A stretch of DNA of 64,000 nucleotides, from NCBI GenBank assembly GCA_964016885.1, contig OZ024740.1, positions 137,888,001 through 137,952,000 on the forward strand, read 5' to 3'. Source of the stretch: Eledone cirrhosa (Eukaryota). Made by a program: the position numbers and the translations under genes. Below the pieces are notes generated by a model that was not told the DNA's origin, made no database searches, and saw only the letters and a program-made list of their open reading frames with translations. Within the stretch, counting starts at the first letter, position 1. Every line of letters starts with the position of its first letter. Positions 42,001 through 55,060 of the stretch are shown here, piece after piece.

Positions 42001-43310
42001 CCAATTCTCTATTTCTCTTATCACTTTTCCCCCAATCTCCAATTCTCTCTTTCTCTTATCACTTTTCTCTCAATCTCCAATTCTTTCTTTCTCTTATTAC
42101 TTTTCTCTCAATTTCTAATTCTCTCTTTCTCTTTTCACTTTTCTTTCAATCTCCAATTCTCTCTTTGTCTTATCACTTTTCTCTCAATCTCCAATTCTCT
42201 CTTCCTCTTATCATTTTTCTCTTAATCTCCAATTCTCTCTTTCTCTTCTCACTTTTCCCCCAATCTCCAATTCTCTCTTTCTCTTCTCACTTTTCCCCCA
42301 ATCTCCAATTCTCTTTTTCTCTCATCACTTTTCTCTCAATCTCCAATCCTCTCTTTCTGTTATCACTTTTCTCTCAATCTCCAATTCTCTTTTTCTCTTA
42401 TCACTTTACTCTCAATCTCCAATTCTCTCTTTCTTTCATCACTTTTCTCTCAATCTCCGATTCTCTCTTTCTCTTATAACTTTTCTCTCAATCTCCAATT
42501 CTCTCTTTCTCTTATCACTTTTCCTCCAATATCCAATTCTCTCTTTCTCTTATCACTTTTCTCTCAATCTCCAATTCTCTCTTTCTCTTATCACTTTTCT
42601 CTCAATCTCCAATTCTCTATTTCTCTTATCACTTTTCTCTCAATCTCCAATTCTCTCTTTCTCCTCTCACTTTTCCCCCAATCTCCAATTCTCTCTCTTT
42701 CTCTTATCACTTTTCTCTCAATCTCCAATTCTCTCTTTCTTTTCTCACTTTTCCCCCAATCTCCAATTCTCTCTTTCTCTTCACACTTTTCCCCCAATCT
42801 GCAATTCTCTCTTTCTCTCATCAATTTTCTCTATATCTTCAATTCTCTCTTTCTCTTATCAATTTTCACCCAATCTCCAATTCTCTCTTTCTCTTCTCAC
42901 TTTTCCCCCAATCTCCAATTCTCTCTTTCTCTTATCACTTTTCTCTCAATATCTAATTCTCTCTTTCTCTTATCACTTTTCTCTCAATCTCCAATTCTCT
43001 ATCCTCTCTTATCACTTTTCCCCCAATCTCCAATTCTCTCTTTCTCTTATCACTTTTCTCTCAATCTCCAATTCTTTCTTTCTCTTATTACTTTTCTCTC
43101 AATTTATAATTCTCTCTTTCTCTTTTCACTTTTCTTTCAATCTCCAATTCTCTCTTTGTCTTATCACTTTTCTCTCAATCTCCAATTATCTCTTTCTCCT
43201 CTCACTTTTCCCCCAATCTCCAATTCTCTCTCTTTCTCTTATCACTTTTCTCTCAATCTCCAATTCTCTCTTTCTCTTCACACTTTTCCCCCAATCTCCA
43301 ATTCTCTCTT
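39050..43310. repeat. 2135-bp (56-monomer) near-perfect tandem duplication
   Basis: CTCGTTCTC has its G at 39153 and 41288. ORF pairs 40030/42165, 40456/42591 and 41021/43156. Confidence 0.9.
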
Positions 43311-46300
43311 TCTCTCATCAATTTTCTCTATATCTCCAATTCTCTCTTCCTCTTATCATTTTTCTCTTAATCGCCAATTCTCTCTTTCTCTTCTCACTTT
43401 TCCCCCAATCTCCAATTCTCTCTTTCTCTTCACACTTTTCCCCCAATCTGCAATTCTGTCTTTCTCTCATCAATTTTCTCTATATCTCCAATTCTCTCTT
43501 CCTCTTATCACTTTTCTCTCAATCTCCAATTCTCTATTTCTCTTATCACTTTTCCCCCAATCTCCAATTCTCTCTTTCTCTTATCACTTTTCTCTCAATC
43601 TCCAATTCTTTCTTTCTCTTATTACTTTTCTCTCAATTTCTAATTCTCTCTTTCTCTTTTCACTTTTCTTTCAATCTCCAATTCTCTCTTAGTCTTATCA
43701 CTTTTCTCTCAATCTCCAATTCTCTCTTCCTCTTATCATTTTTCTCTTAATCTCCAATTCTCTCTTTCTCTTCTCACTTTTCCCCCAATCTCCAATTCTC
43801 TCTTTCTCTTCTCACTTTTCCCCCAATCTCCAATTCTCTCTTTCTCTCATCACTTTTCTCTCAATCTCCAATTCTCTCTTTCTCTTATCACTTTTCTCAA
43901 AATCTCCAATTCTATCTTTCTCTTCTCACTTTTCTCTCAATCTCCAATCCTCTCTTTCTGTTATCACTTTTCTCTCAATCTCCAATTCTCTCTTTCTCTT
44001 ATCACTTTTCTGCCAATCTCCAATTCTCTTTTTCTCTTATCACTTTACTCTCAATCTCCAATTCTCTCTTTCTTTCATCACTTTTCTCTCAATCTCCAAT
44101 TTTCTCTTTCTCTTATCACTTTTCTCTCAATCTCCATTTCTCTCTTTCTCTTATCACTTTTCTCTCAATCTCTAATTCTCTGTTTCTCTTATCAATTTTC
44201 TCTCAATCTCCAATTCTTTCTTTCTCTAATCACTTTTCTCTCAATCTCCAATTATCTCTTTCTCTTATCACTTTTCCCCCAATCTACAATTCTCTCTTTC
44301 TCTTATCACTTTTTCTCTCAATCTCCAATTCTCTCTTTCTCATATCACTTTTTTCTCAATCTCCAATTCTCTCTTTCTCTTATCACTTTTCCCCCAATCT
44401 CCAATTCTCTCTTTCTCATATCACTTTTCTCACAATCTCCAATACTCTCTTTCTCTTCACACTTTTCCCCCAATCTCCAATTCTCTCTCTTTCTCTTATC
44501 ACTTTTCTCTCAATCTCCAATTCTCTCTTTCTCTTATCACTTTTCTCTCAATCTCCAATTCTCTCTTTCTCTTCACACTTTTCCCCCAATCTCCAATTCT
44601 CTCTTTCTCTCATCAATTTTCTCTATATCTCCAATTCTCTCTTCCTCTTATCACTTTTCTCTCAATCTCCAATTCTCTATTTCTCTTATCACTTTTCCCC
44701 CAATCTCCAATTCTCTCTTTCTCTTATCACTTTTCTCTCAATCTCCAATTCTTTCTTTCTCTTATTACTTTTCTCTCAATTTCTAATTCTCTCTTTCTCT
44801 TTTCACTTTTCTCTCAATCTCCATTTCTCTCTTTCTCTTATCACTTTTCTCTCAATCTCTAATTCTCTGTTTCTCTTATCAATTTCTCTCAATCTCCAAT
44901 TCTTTCTTTCTCTTATCACTTTTCTCTAAATCTCCAATTCTTTCTTTCTCTTATCACTTTTCTCTCAATCTCCCATTCTGTCTTTCTCTTATCACTTTTC
45001 TCCCAATCTCCAATTCTCTCTTTCTCATATCACTTTTCTCTCAATCTCCAATTCTCTCTTTCTCTTATCCTTTTTTCTCTCCATCTCCAATTCTCTCTTT
45101 CTTTTCTCACTTTTCCCCCAATCTCCAATTCTCTCTTTCTCTTCACACTTTTCCCCCAATCTGCAATTCTCTCTTTCTCTCATCAATTTTCTCTATATCT
45201 TCAATTCTCTCTTCCTCTTATCATTTTTCTCTCAAACTCCAATTCTCTCTTTCTCTTATCACTTTTCTCTCAATCTCCAATTCTCTATCCTCTCTTATCA
45301 CTTTTCCCCCAATCTCCAATTCTCTCTTTCTCTTATCACTTTTCTCTCAATCTCCAATTCTTTCTTTCTCTTATTACTTTTCTCTCAATTTCTAATTCTC
45401 TCTTTCTCTTTTCACTTTTCTTTCAATCTCCAATTCTCTCTTTGTCTTATCACTTTTCTCTCAATCTCCAATAATCTCTTTCTCCTCTCACTTTTCCGCC
45501 AATCTCCAATTCTCTCTCTTTCTCTTATCACTTTTCTCTCAATCTCCAATTCTCTCTTTCTCTTCACACTTTTCCCCCAATATCCAATTCTCTCTTTCTC
45601 TCATCAATTTCCTCTATATCTCCAATTCTCTCTTCCTCTTATCATTTTTCTCTTAATCGCCAATTCTCTCTTTCTCTTCTCACTTTTCCCCCAATCTCCA
45701 ATTCTCTCTTTCTCTTCACACTTCTCCCCCAATCTGCAATTCTCTCTTTCTAACATCAATTTTCTCTATATCTCCAATTCTATCTTTCTCTTATCACTTT
45801 TCTCTCAATCTCCAATTCTCTATTTCTCTTATCACTTTTCCTCCAATCTCCAATTCTCTCTTTCTCTTATCACTTTTCTCTCAATCTCCAATTCTTTCTT
45901 TCTCTTATTACTTTTCTCTCAATTTCTAATTCTCTCTTTCTCTTTTCACTTTTCTTTCAATCTCCAATTCTCTCTTTGTCTTATCACTTTTCTCTCAATC
46001 TCCAATTCTCTCTTCCTCTTATCATTTTTCTCTTAATCTCCAATTCTCTCTTTCTCTTCTCACTTTTCCCCCAATCTCCAATTCTCTCTTTCTCTTCTCA
46101 CTTTTCCCCCAATCTCCAATTCTATCTTTCTCCCATCACTTTCCTCTCAATCTCCAATTCTCTCTTTCTCTTATCACTTTTCTCAAAATCTCCAATTCTA
46201 TCTTTCTCTTCTCACTTTTCTATCAATCTCCAATCCTCTCTTTCTGTTATCACTTTTCTCTCAATCTCCAATTATCTCTTTCTCTTATCACTTTTCTCTC

Positions 46301-49300
46301 AATCTCCAATTCTCTCTTTCTCTTATCACTTTTCTGCCAATCTCCAATTCTCTTTTTCTCTTATCACTTTACTCTCAATCTCCAATTCTCTCTTTCTTTC
46401 ATCACTTTTCTCTCAATCTCCAATTCTCTCTTTCTCTTATCACTTTTCTCTCAATCTCCAATTCTCTCTTTCTCTTATCACTTTTCTCTCAATCTCTAAT
46501 TCTCTGTTTCTCTTATCAATTTTCTCTCAATCTCCAATTCTTTCTTTCTCTAATCACTTTTCTCTCAATCTCCAATTCTCTCTTTCTCTTATCACTTTTC
46601 CCCCAATCTACAATTCTCTCTTTCTCTTATCACTTTTTCTCTCAATCTCCAATTCTCTCTTTCTCATATCACTTTTTTCTCAATCTCCAATTCTCTCTTT
46701 CTCTTATCACTTTTCCCCCAATCTCCAATTCTCTCTTTCTCATATCACTTTTCTCACAATCTCCAATACTCTCTTTCTCTTATCACTTTTCTCTAAATCT
46801 CCAATTCTTTCTTTCTCTTATCACTTTTCTCTCAATCTCCCATTCTGTCTTTCTCTTATCACTTTTCCCCCAATCTCCAATTCTCTCTTTCTCATATCAC
46901 TTTTCTCTCAATCTCCAATTCTCTCTTTCTCCTATCAGTTTTCTCTCAATCTCCAATTCTCTCTTTCTTTTCTCACTTTTCCCCCAATCTCCAATTCTCT
47001 CTTTCTCTTCACACTTTTCCCCCAATCTGCAATTCTCTCTTTCTCTCATCAATTTTCTCTATATCTTCAATTCTCTCTTCCGCTTATCATTTTTCTCTCA
47101 ATCTCCAATTCTCTCTTTCTCTTATCACTTTTCTCTCAATCTCCAATTCTCTATCCTCTGTTATCACTTTTACCCCAATCTCCAATTCTCTCTTTCTCTT
47201 ATCACTTTTCTCTCAATCTCCAATTCTTTCTTTCTCTTATTACTTTTCTCTCAATTTCTAATTCTCTCTTTCTCTTTTCACTTTTCTTTCAATCTCCAAT
47301 TCTCTCTTTGTCTTATCACTTTTCTCTCAATCTCCAATTATCTCTTTCTCCTCTCAATTTTCCCCCAATCTCCAATTCTCTCTTTCTCTCATCAATTTTC
47401 TCTATATCTCCAATTCTCTCTTTCTCTTATCACTTTTCTCTCAATCTCCAATTCTCTATTTCTCTCATCACTTTTCCCCCAATCTCCAATTCTCTCTTTC
47501 TCTCATCACTTTTCTCTCAATCTCCAATTCTTTCTTTCTCTTATTACTTTTCTCTTAATCTCCAATTCTCTCTTTCTCTTCTCACTTTTCCCCCAATCTC
47601 CAATTCTCTCTTTCTCTTCTCACTTTTCCCCCAATCTCCAATTCTCTCTTTCTTTCATCACTTTTCTCTCAATCTCCAATTCTCTCTTTCTCTTATCACT
47701 TTTCTCAAAATCTCCAATTCTATCTTTCTCTTCTCACTTTTCTCTCAATCTCCAATCCTCTCTTTCTGTTATCACTTTTCTCTCAATCTCCAATTATCTC
47801 TTTCTCTTATCACTTTTCTCTCAATTTCCAATTCTCTCTTTCTCTTATCACTTTTCTGCCAATCTCCAATTCTCTTTTTCTCTTATCACTTTACTCTCAA
47901 TCTCCAATTCTCTCTTTCTCTTATCACTTTTCTCTCAATCTCCAATTCTCTCTTTCTCTTATCACTCTTCTCTCAATCTCCAATTCTCTCTTTCTCTTAT
48001 CACTTTTCTCTCAATCTCTAATTCTCTGTTTCTCTTATCAATTTTCTCTCAATCTCCAATTCTTTCTTTCTCTAATCACTTTTCTCTCAATCTCCAATTC
48101 TCTCTTTCTCTTATCACTTTTCCCCCAATCTACAATTCTCTCTTTCTCTTATCACTTTTTCTCTCAATCTCCAATTCTCTCTTTCTCATATCACTTTTTT
48201 CTCAATCTCCAATTCTCTCTTTCTCTTATCACTTTTCCCCCAATCTCCAATTCTCTCTTTCTCATATCACTTTTCTCACAATCTCCAATACTCTCTTTCT
48301 CTTATCAATTTTCTCTCAATCTCCAATTCTTTCTTTCTCTTATCACTTTTCTCTAAATCTCCAATTCTTTCTTTCTCTTATCACTTTTCTCTCAATCTCC
48401 CTTTCTGTCTTTCTCTTATCACTTTTCCCCCAATCTCCAATTCTCTCTTTCTCATATCACTTTTCTCTCAATCTCCAATTCTCTCTTTCTCTTATCAGTT
48501 TTCTCTCAATCTCCAATTCTCTCTTTCTCTTATAACTTTTATCTCAATCTCCAATTCTCTCTTTCTCTTATCACTTTTCCTCCAATATCCAATTCTCTCT
48601 TTCTCTTATCACTTTTCTCTCAATCTCCAATTCTCTCTTTCTCTTATCACTTTTCTCTCAATCTCCAATTCTCTATTTCTCTTATCACTTTTCTCTCAAT
48701 CTCCAATTCTCTCTTTCTCCTCTCACTTTTCCCCCAATCTCCAATTCTCTCTCTTTCTCTTATCACTTTTCTCTCAATCTCCAATTCTCTCTTTCTTTTC
48801 TCACTTTTCCCCCAATCTCCAATTCTCTCTTTCTCTTCACACTTTTCCCCCAATCTGCAATTCTCTTTTTCTCTCTGCAATTTTCTCTATATCTTCAATT
48901 CTCTCTTCCTCTTATCATTTTTCTCTCAATCTCCAATTCTCTCTTTCTCTTATCACTTTTCTCTCAATCTCCAATTCTCTATCCTCTCTTATCACTTTTC
49001 CCCCAATCTCCAATTCTCTCTTTCTCTTATCACTTTTCTCTCAATCTCCAATTCTTTCTTTCTCTTATTACTTTTCTCTCAATTTCTAATTCTCTCTTTC
49101 TCTTTTCACTTTTCTTTCAATCTCCAATTCTCTCTTTGTCTTATCACTTTTCTCTCAATCTCCAATTCTCTCTTTCTCTTCACACTTTTCCCCCAATCTC
49201 CAATTCTCTCTTTCTCTCATCAATTTTCTCTATATCTCCAATTCTCTCTTCCTCTTATCATTTTTCGCTTAATCTCCAATTCTCTCTTTCTCTTCTCACT

Positions 49301-50149
49301 TTTCCCCCAATCTCCAATTCTCTCTTTCTCTCATCACTTTTCTCTCAATCTCCAATTCTCTCTTTCTCTTATCACTTTTCTCAAAATCTCCAATTCTATC
49401 TTTGTCTTCTCACTTTTCTCTCAATCTCCAATCCTCTCTTTCTGTTATCACTTTTCTCTCAATCTCCAATTATCTCTTTCTCTTATCACTTTTCTCTCAA
49501 TCTCCAATTCTCTCTTTCTCTTATCACTTTTCTGCCAATCTCCAATTCTCTTTTTCTCTTATCACTTTACTCTCAATCTCCAATCCTCTCTTTCTCTTAT
49601 CACTTTTCTCTCAATCTCTAATTCTCTGTTTCTCTTATCAATTTTCTCTCAATCTCCAATTCTTTCTTTCTCTAATCACTTTTCTCTCAATCTCCAATTC
49701 TCTCTTTCTATTCACACTTTTCCCCCAATCTCCAATTCTCTCTTTCTCTCATCAATTTTCTCTATATCTCCAATTCTCTCTTCCTCTTATCATTTTTCTC
49801 TTAATCGCCAATTCTCTCTTTCTCTTCTCACTTTTCCCCCAATCTACAATTCTCTCTTTCTCTTCTCACTTTTCCCCCAATCTCCAATTCTCTCTTTCTC
49901 TCATCACTTTTCTCTTAATCTCCAATTCGCTCTTTCTCTTATCACTTTTCTCAAAATCTCCAATTATATCTTTCTCTTCTCACTTTTCTCTCAATCTCCA
50001 ATCCTCTCTTTCTGTTATCACTTTTCTCTCAATCTCCAATTATCTCTTTCTCTTATCACTTTTCTCTCAATCTCCAATTCTCTCTTTCTCTTATCACTTT
50101 TCTGCCAATCTCCAATTCTCTCATTCTCTTATCACTTTACTCTCAATCT

Positions 50150-53100
50150 CCAATTCTCTCTTTCTCTTATCACTTTTCTCTCAATTTCCAATTCTCTCTT
50201 TCTCTTATCACTTTTCTCTCAATCTCCAATTCTTTCTTTCTCTAATCACTTTTCTCTCAATCTCCAATTCTCTCTTTCTCTTATCACTTTTCCCCCAATC
50301 TACAATTCTCTCTTTCTCTTATCACTTTTTCTCTCAATCTCCAATTCTCTCTTTCTCATATCACTTTTTTCTCAATCTCCAATTCTCTCTTTCTCTTATC
50401 ACTTTTCACTCAATCTCCAATTCTCTCTTTCTCTTATCACTTTTCCCCCAATCTCCAATTCTCTCTTTCTCTTATCACTTTTCTCACAATCTCCAATACT
50501 CTCTTTCTCTGATCAATTTTCTCTCAATCTCCAATTCTTTCTTTCTCTTATCACTTTTCTCTCAATCTCCAATTCTTTCTTTCTCTTATCACTTTTCTCT
50601 CAATCTCCCATTCTGTCTTTCTCTTATCACTTTTCCCCCAATCTCCAATTCTCTCTTTCTCATATCACTTTTCTCTCAATCTCCAATTCTCTCTTTCTCT
50701 TATCAGTTTTCTCTCAATCTCCAATTCTCTCTTTCTCTTATCACTTTTCTCTCAATCTCCAATTCTCTCTTTCTCTTATCACTTTTCCTCCAATATCCAA
50801 TTCTCTCTTTCTCTTATAACTTTTGTCTCAATTTCCAATCCTCTCTTTCTCTTATCACTTTTCTCTCAATTTCCAATTCTCTCTTTCTCTTATCACTTTT
50901 CTCTCAATCTCTAATTCTCTGTTTCTCTTATCAATTTTCTCTCAATCTCCAATTCTTTCTTTCTCTAATCACTTTTCTCTCAATCTCCAATTCTTTCTTT
51001 CTCTTATCACTTTTCTCTCAATCTCCCATTCTGTCTTTCTCTTATCACTTTTCTCTCAATCTCCAATTCTTTCTTTCTCTTATCACTTTTCTCTCAATCT
51101 CCCATTCTGTCTTTTTCTTATCACTTTTCCCCCAATCTCCAATTCTCTCTTTCTCATATCACTTTTCTCTCAATCTCCAATTCTCTCTTTCTCTTATCAG
51201 TTTTCTCTCAATCTCCAATTCTCTCTTTCTCTTATCACTTTTCTCTCAATCTCCAATTCTCTCTTTCTCTTATCACTTTTCCTCCAATATCCAATTCTCT
51301 CTTTCTCTTATCACTTTTCTCTCAATCTCCAATTCTCTCTTTCTCTTATCACTTTTCTCTCAATCTCCAATTCTCTATTTCTCTTATCACTTTTCTCTCA
51401 ATCTCCAATTCTCTCTTTCTCCTCTCACTTTTCCCCCAATCTCCAATTCTCTCTCTTTCTCTTATCACTTTTCTCTCAATCTCCAATTCTCTCTTTCTTT
51501 TCTCACTTTTCCCCCAATCTCCAATTCTCTCTTTCTCTTCACACTTTTCCCCCAATCTGCAATTCTCTCTTTCTCTCATCAATTTTCTCTATATCTCCAA
51601 TTCTCTCTTCCTCTTATCATTTTTCTCTCAATCTCCAATTCTCTCTTTCTCTTATCACTTTTCTCTCAATCTCCAATTCTCTATCCTCTCTTATCACTTT
51701 TCCCCCAATCTCCAATTCTCTCTTTCTCTTATCACTTTTCTCTCAATCTCCAATTCTTTCTTTCTCTTATTACTTTTCTCTCAATTTCTAATTCTCTCTT
51801 TCTCTTTTCACTTTTCTTTCAATCTCCAATTCTCTCTTTGTCTTATCACTTTTCTCTCAATCTCCAATTATCTCTTTCTCCTCTCACTTTTCCCCCAATC
51901 TCCAATTCTCTCTCTTTCTCTTATCACTTTTCTCTCAATCTCCAATTCTCTCTTTCTCTTCACACTTTTCCCCCAATCTCCAATTCTCTCTTTCTCTCAT
52001 CAATGTTCTCTCTATCTCCAATTCTCTCTTCCTCTTATCATTTTTCTCTTAATCGCCAATTCTCTCTTTCTCTTCTCACTTTTCCCCCAATCTACAATTC
52101 TCTCTTTCTCTTCTCACTTTTCCCCCAATCTCCAATTCTCTCTTTCTCTCATCACTTTTCTCTCAATCTCCAATTCTCTCTTTCTCTTATCACTTTTCTC
52201 TCAATCTCCAATTCTCTATCCTCTCTTATCACTTTTCCCCCAATCTCCAATTCTCTCTTTCTCTTATCACTTTTCTCTCAATCTCCAATTCTTTCTTTCT
52301 CTTATTACTTTTCTCTCAATTTCTAATTCTCTCTTTCTCTTTTCACTTTTCTTTCAATCTCCAATTCTCTCTTTGTCTTATCACTTTTCTCTCAATCTCC
52401 AATTATCTCTTTCTCCTCTCACTTTTCCCCCAATCTCCAATTCTCTCTCTTTCTCTTATCACTTTTCTCTCAATCTCCAATTCTCTCTTTCTCTTCACAC
52501 TTTTCCCCCAATCTCCAATTCTCTCTTTCTCTCATCAATTTTCTCTCTATCTCCAATTCTCTCTTCCTCTTATCATTTTTCTCTTAATCGCCAATTCTCT
52601 CTTTCTCTTCTCACTTTTCCCCCAATCTACAATTCTCTCTTTCTCTTCTCACTTTTCCCCCAATCTCCAATTCTCTCTTTCTCTCATCACTTTTCTCTCA
52701 ATCTCCAATTCTCTCTTTGTCTTATCACTTTTCTCTCAATCTCCAATTATCTCTTTCTCTTATCACTTTTCTCTCAATTTCCAATTCTCTCTTTCTCTTA
52801 TCACTTTTCTCTCAATCTCTAATTCTCTCTTTCTCTTATCAATTCTCTCTCAATCTCCAATTCTTTCTTTCTCTAATCACTTTTCTCTCAATCTCCAATT
52901 CTCTCTTTCTCTTATCACTTTTCCCCCAATCTCCAATTCTCTCTTTCTCTTATCACTTTTCTCTCAATTTCCAATTCTCTCTTTCTCTTATCACTTTTCT
53001 CTCAATTTCCAATTCTCTCTTTCTCTTATCACTTTTCTCTCAATCTCTAATTCTCTCTTTCTCTTATCAATTTTCTCTCAATCTCCAATTCTTTCTTTCT

Positions 53101-55060
53101 CTAATCACTTTTCTCTCAATCTCCAATTCTCTCTTTCTCTTATCACTTTTCCCCCAATCTACAATTCTCTCTTTCTCTTATCACTTTTTCTCTCAATCTC
53201 CAATTCTCTCTTTCTCATATCACTTTTTTCTCAATCTCCAATTCTCTCTTTCTCTTATCACTTTTCACTCAATCTCCAATTCTCTCTTTCTCTTATCACT
53301 TTTCCCCCAATCTCCAATTCTCTCTTTCTCTTATCACTTTTCTCACAATCTCCAATACTCTCTTTCTCTTATCAATTTTCTCTCAATCTCCAATTCTTTC
53401 TTTCTCTTATCACTTTTCTCTCAATCTCCAATTCTTTCTTTCTCTTATCACTTTTCTCTCAATCTCCCATTCTGTCTTTTTCTTATCACTTTTCCCCCAA
53501 TCTCCAATTCTCTCTTTCTCATATCACTTTTCTCTCAATCTCCAATTCTCTCTTTCTCTTATCAGTTTTCTCTCAATCTCCAATTCTCTCTTTCTCTTAT
53601 CACTTTTCTCTCAATCTCCAATTCTCTCTTTCTCTTATCACTTTTCCTCCAATATCCAATTCTCTCTTTCTCTTATAACTTTTGTCTCAATTTCCAATCC
53701 TCTCTTTCTCTTATCACTTTTCTCTCAATTTCCAATTCTCTCTTTCTCTTATCACTTTTCTCTCAATCTCTAATTCTCTGTTTCTCTTATCAATTTTCTC
53801 TCAATCTCCAATTCTTTCTTTCTCTAATCACTTTTCTCTCAATCTCCAATTCTTTCTTTCTCTTATCACTTTTCTCTCAATCTCCCATTCTGTCTTTCTC
53901 TTATCACTTTTCTCTCAATCTCCAATTCTTTCTTTCTCTTATCACTTTTCTCTCAATCTCCCATTCTGTCTTTTTCTTATCACTTTTCCCCCAATCTCCA
54001 ATTCTCTCTTTCTCATATCACTTTTCTCTCAATCTCCAATTCTCTCTTTCTCTTATCAGTTTTCTCTCACTCTCCAATTCTCTCTTTCTCTTATCACTTT
54101 TCTCTCAATCTCCAATTCTCTCTTTCTCTTATCACTTTTCCTCCAATATCCAATTCTCTCTTTCTCTTATCACTTTTCTCTCAATCTCCAATTCTCTCTT
54201 TCTCTTATCACTTTTCTCTCAATCTCCAATTCTCTATTTCTCTTATCACTTTTCTCTCAATCTCCAATTCTCTCTTTCTCCTCTCACTTTTCCCCCAATC
54301 TCCAATTCTCTCTCTTTCTCTTATCACTTTTCTCTCAATCTCCAATTCTCTCTTTCTTTTCTCACTTTTCCCCCAATCTCCAATTCTCTCTTTCTCTTCA
54401 CACTTTTCCCCCAATCTGCAATTCTCTCTTTCTCTCATCAATTTTCTCTATATCTCCAATTCTCTCTTCCTCTTATCATTTTTCTCTCAATCTCCAATTC
54501 TCTCTTTCTCTTATCACTTTTCTCTCAATCTCCAATTCTCTATCCTCTCTTATCACTTTTCCCCCAATCTCCAATTCTCTCTTTCTCTTATCACTTTTCT
54601 CTCAATCTCCAATTCTTTCTTTCTCTTATTACTTTTCTCTCAATTTCTAATTCTCTCTTTCTCTTTTCACTTTTCTTTCAATCTCCAATTCTCTCTTTGT
54701 CTTATCACTTTTCTCTCAATCTCCAATTATCTCTTTCTCCTCTCACTTTTCCCCCAATCTCCAATTCTCTCTCTTTCTCTTATCACTTTTCTCTCAATCT
54801 CCAATTCTCTCTTTCTCTTCACACTTTTCCCCCAATCTCCAATTCTCTCTTTCTCTCATCAATTTTCTCTCTATCTCCAATTCTCTCTTCCTCTTATCAT
54901 TTTTCTCTTAATCGCCAATTCTCTCTTTCTCTTCTCACTTTTCCCCCAATCTACAATTCTCTCTTTCTCTTCTCACTTTTCCCCCAATCTCCAATTCTCT
55001 CTTTCTCTCATCACTTTTCTCTCAATCTCCAATTCTCTCTTTGTCTTATCACTTTTCTCT
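50150..55060. repeat. 2859-bp offset duplication (2324-bp unit plus a nested 535-bp tandem duplication at ~51660-52720)
   Basis: ORF pairs 50823/53682 and 51349/54208 (offset 2859) and 52717/55041 (offset 2324). CTATCCTCTC has its A at 51683 and 52218 (offset 535). Confidence 0.85.
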
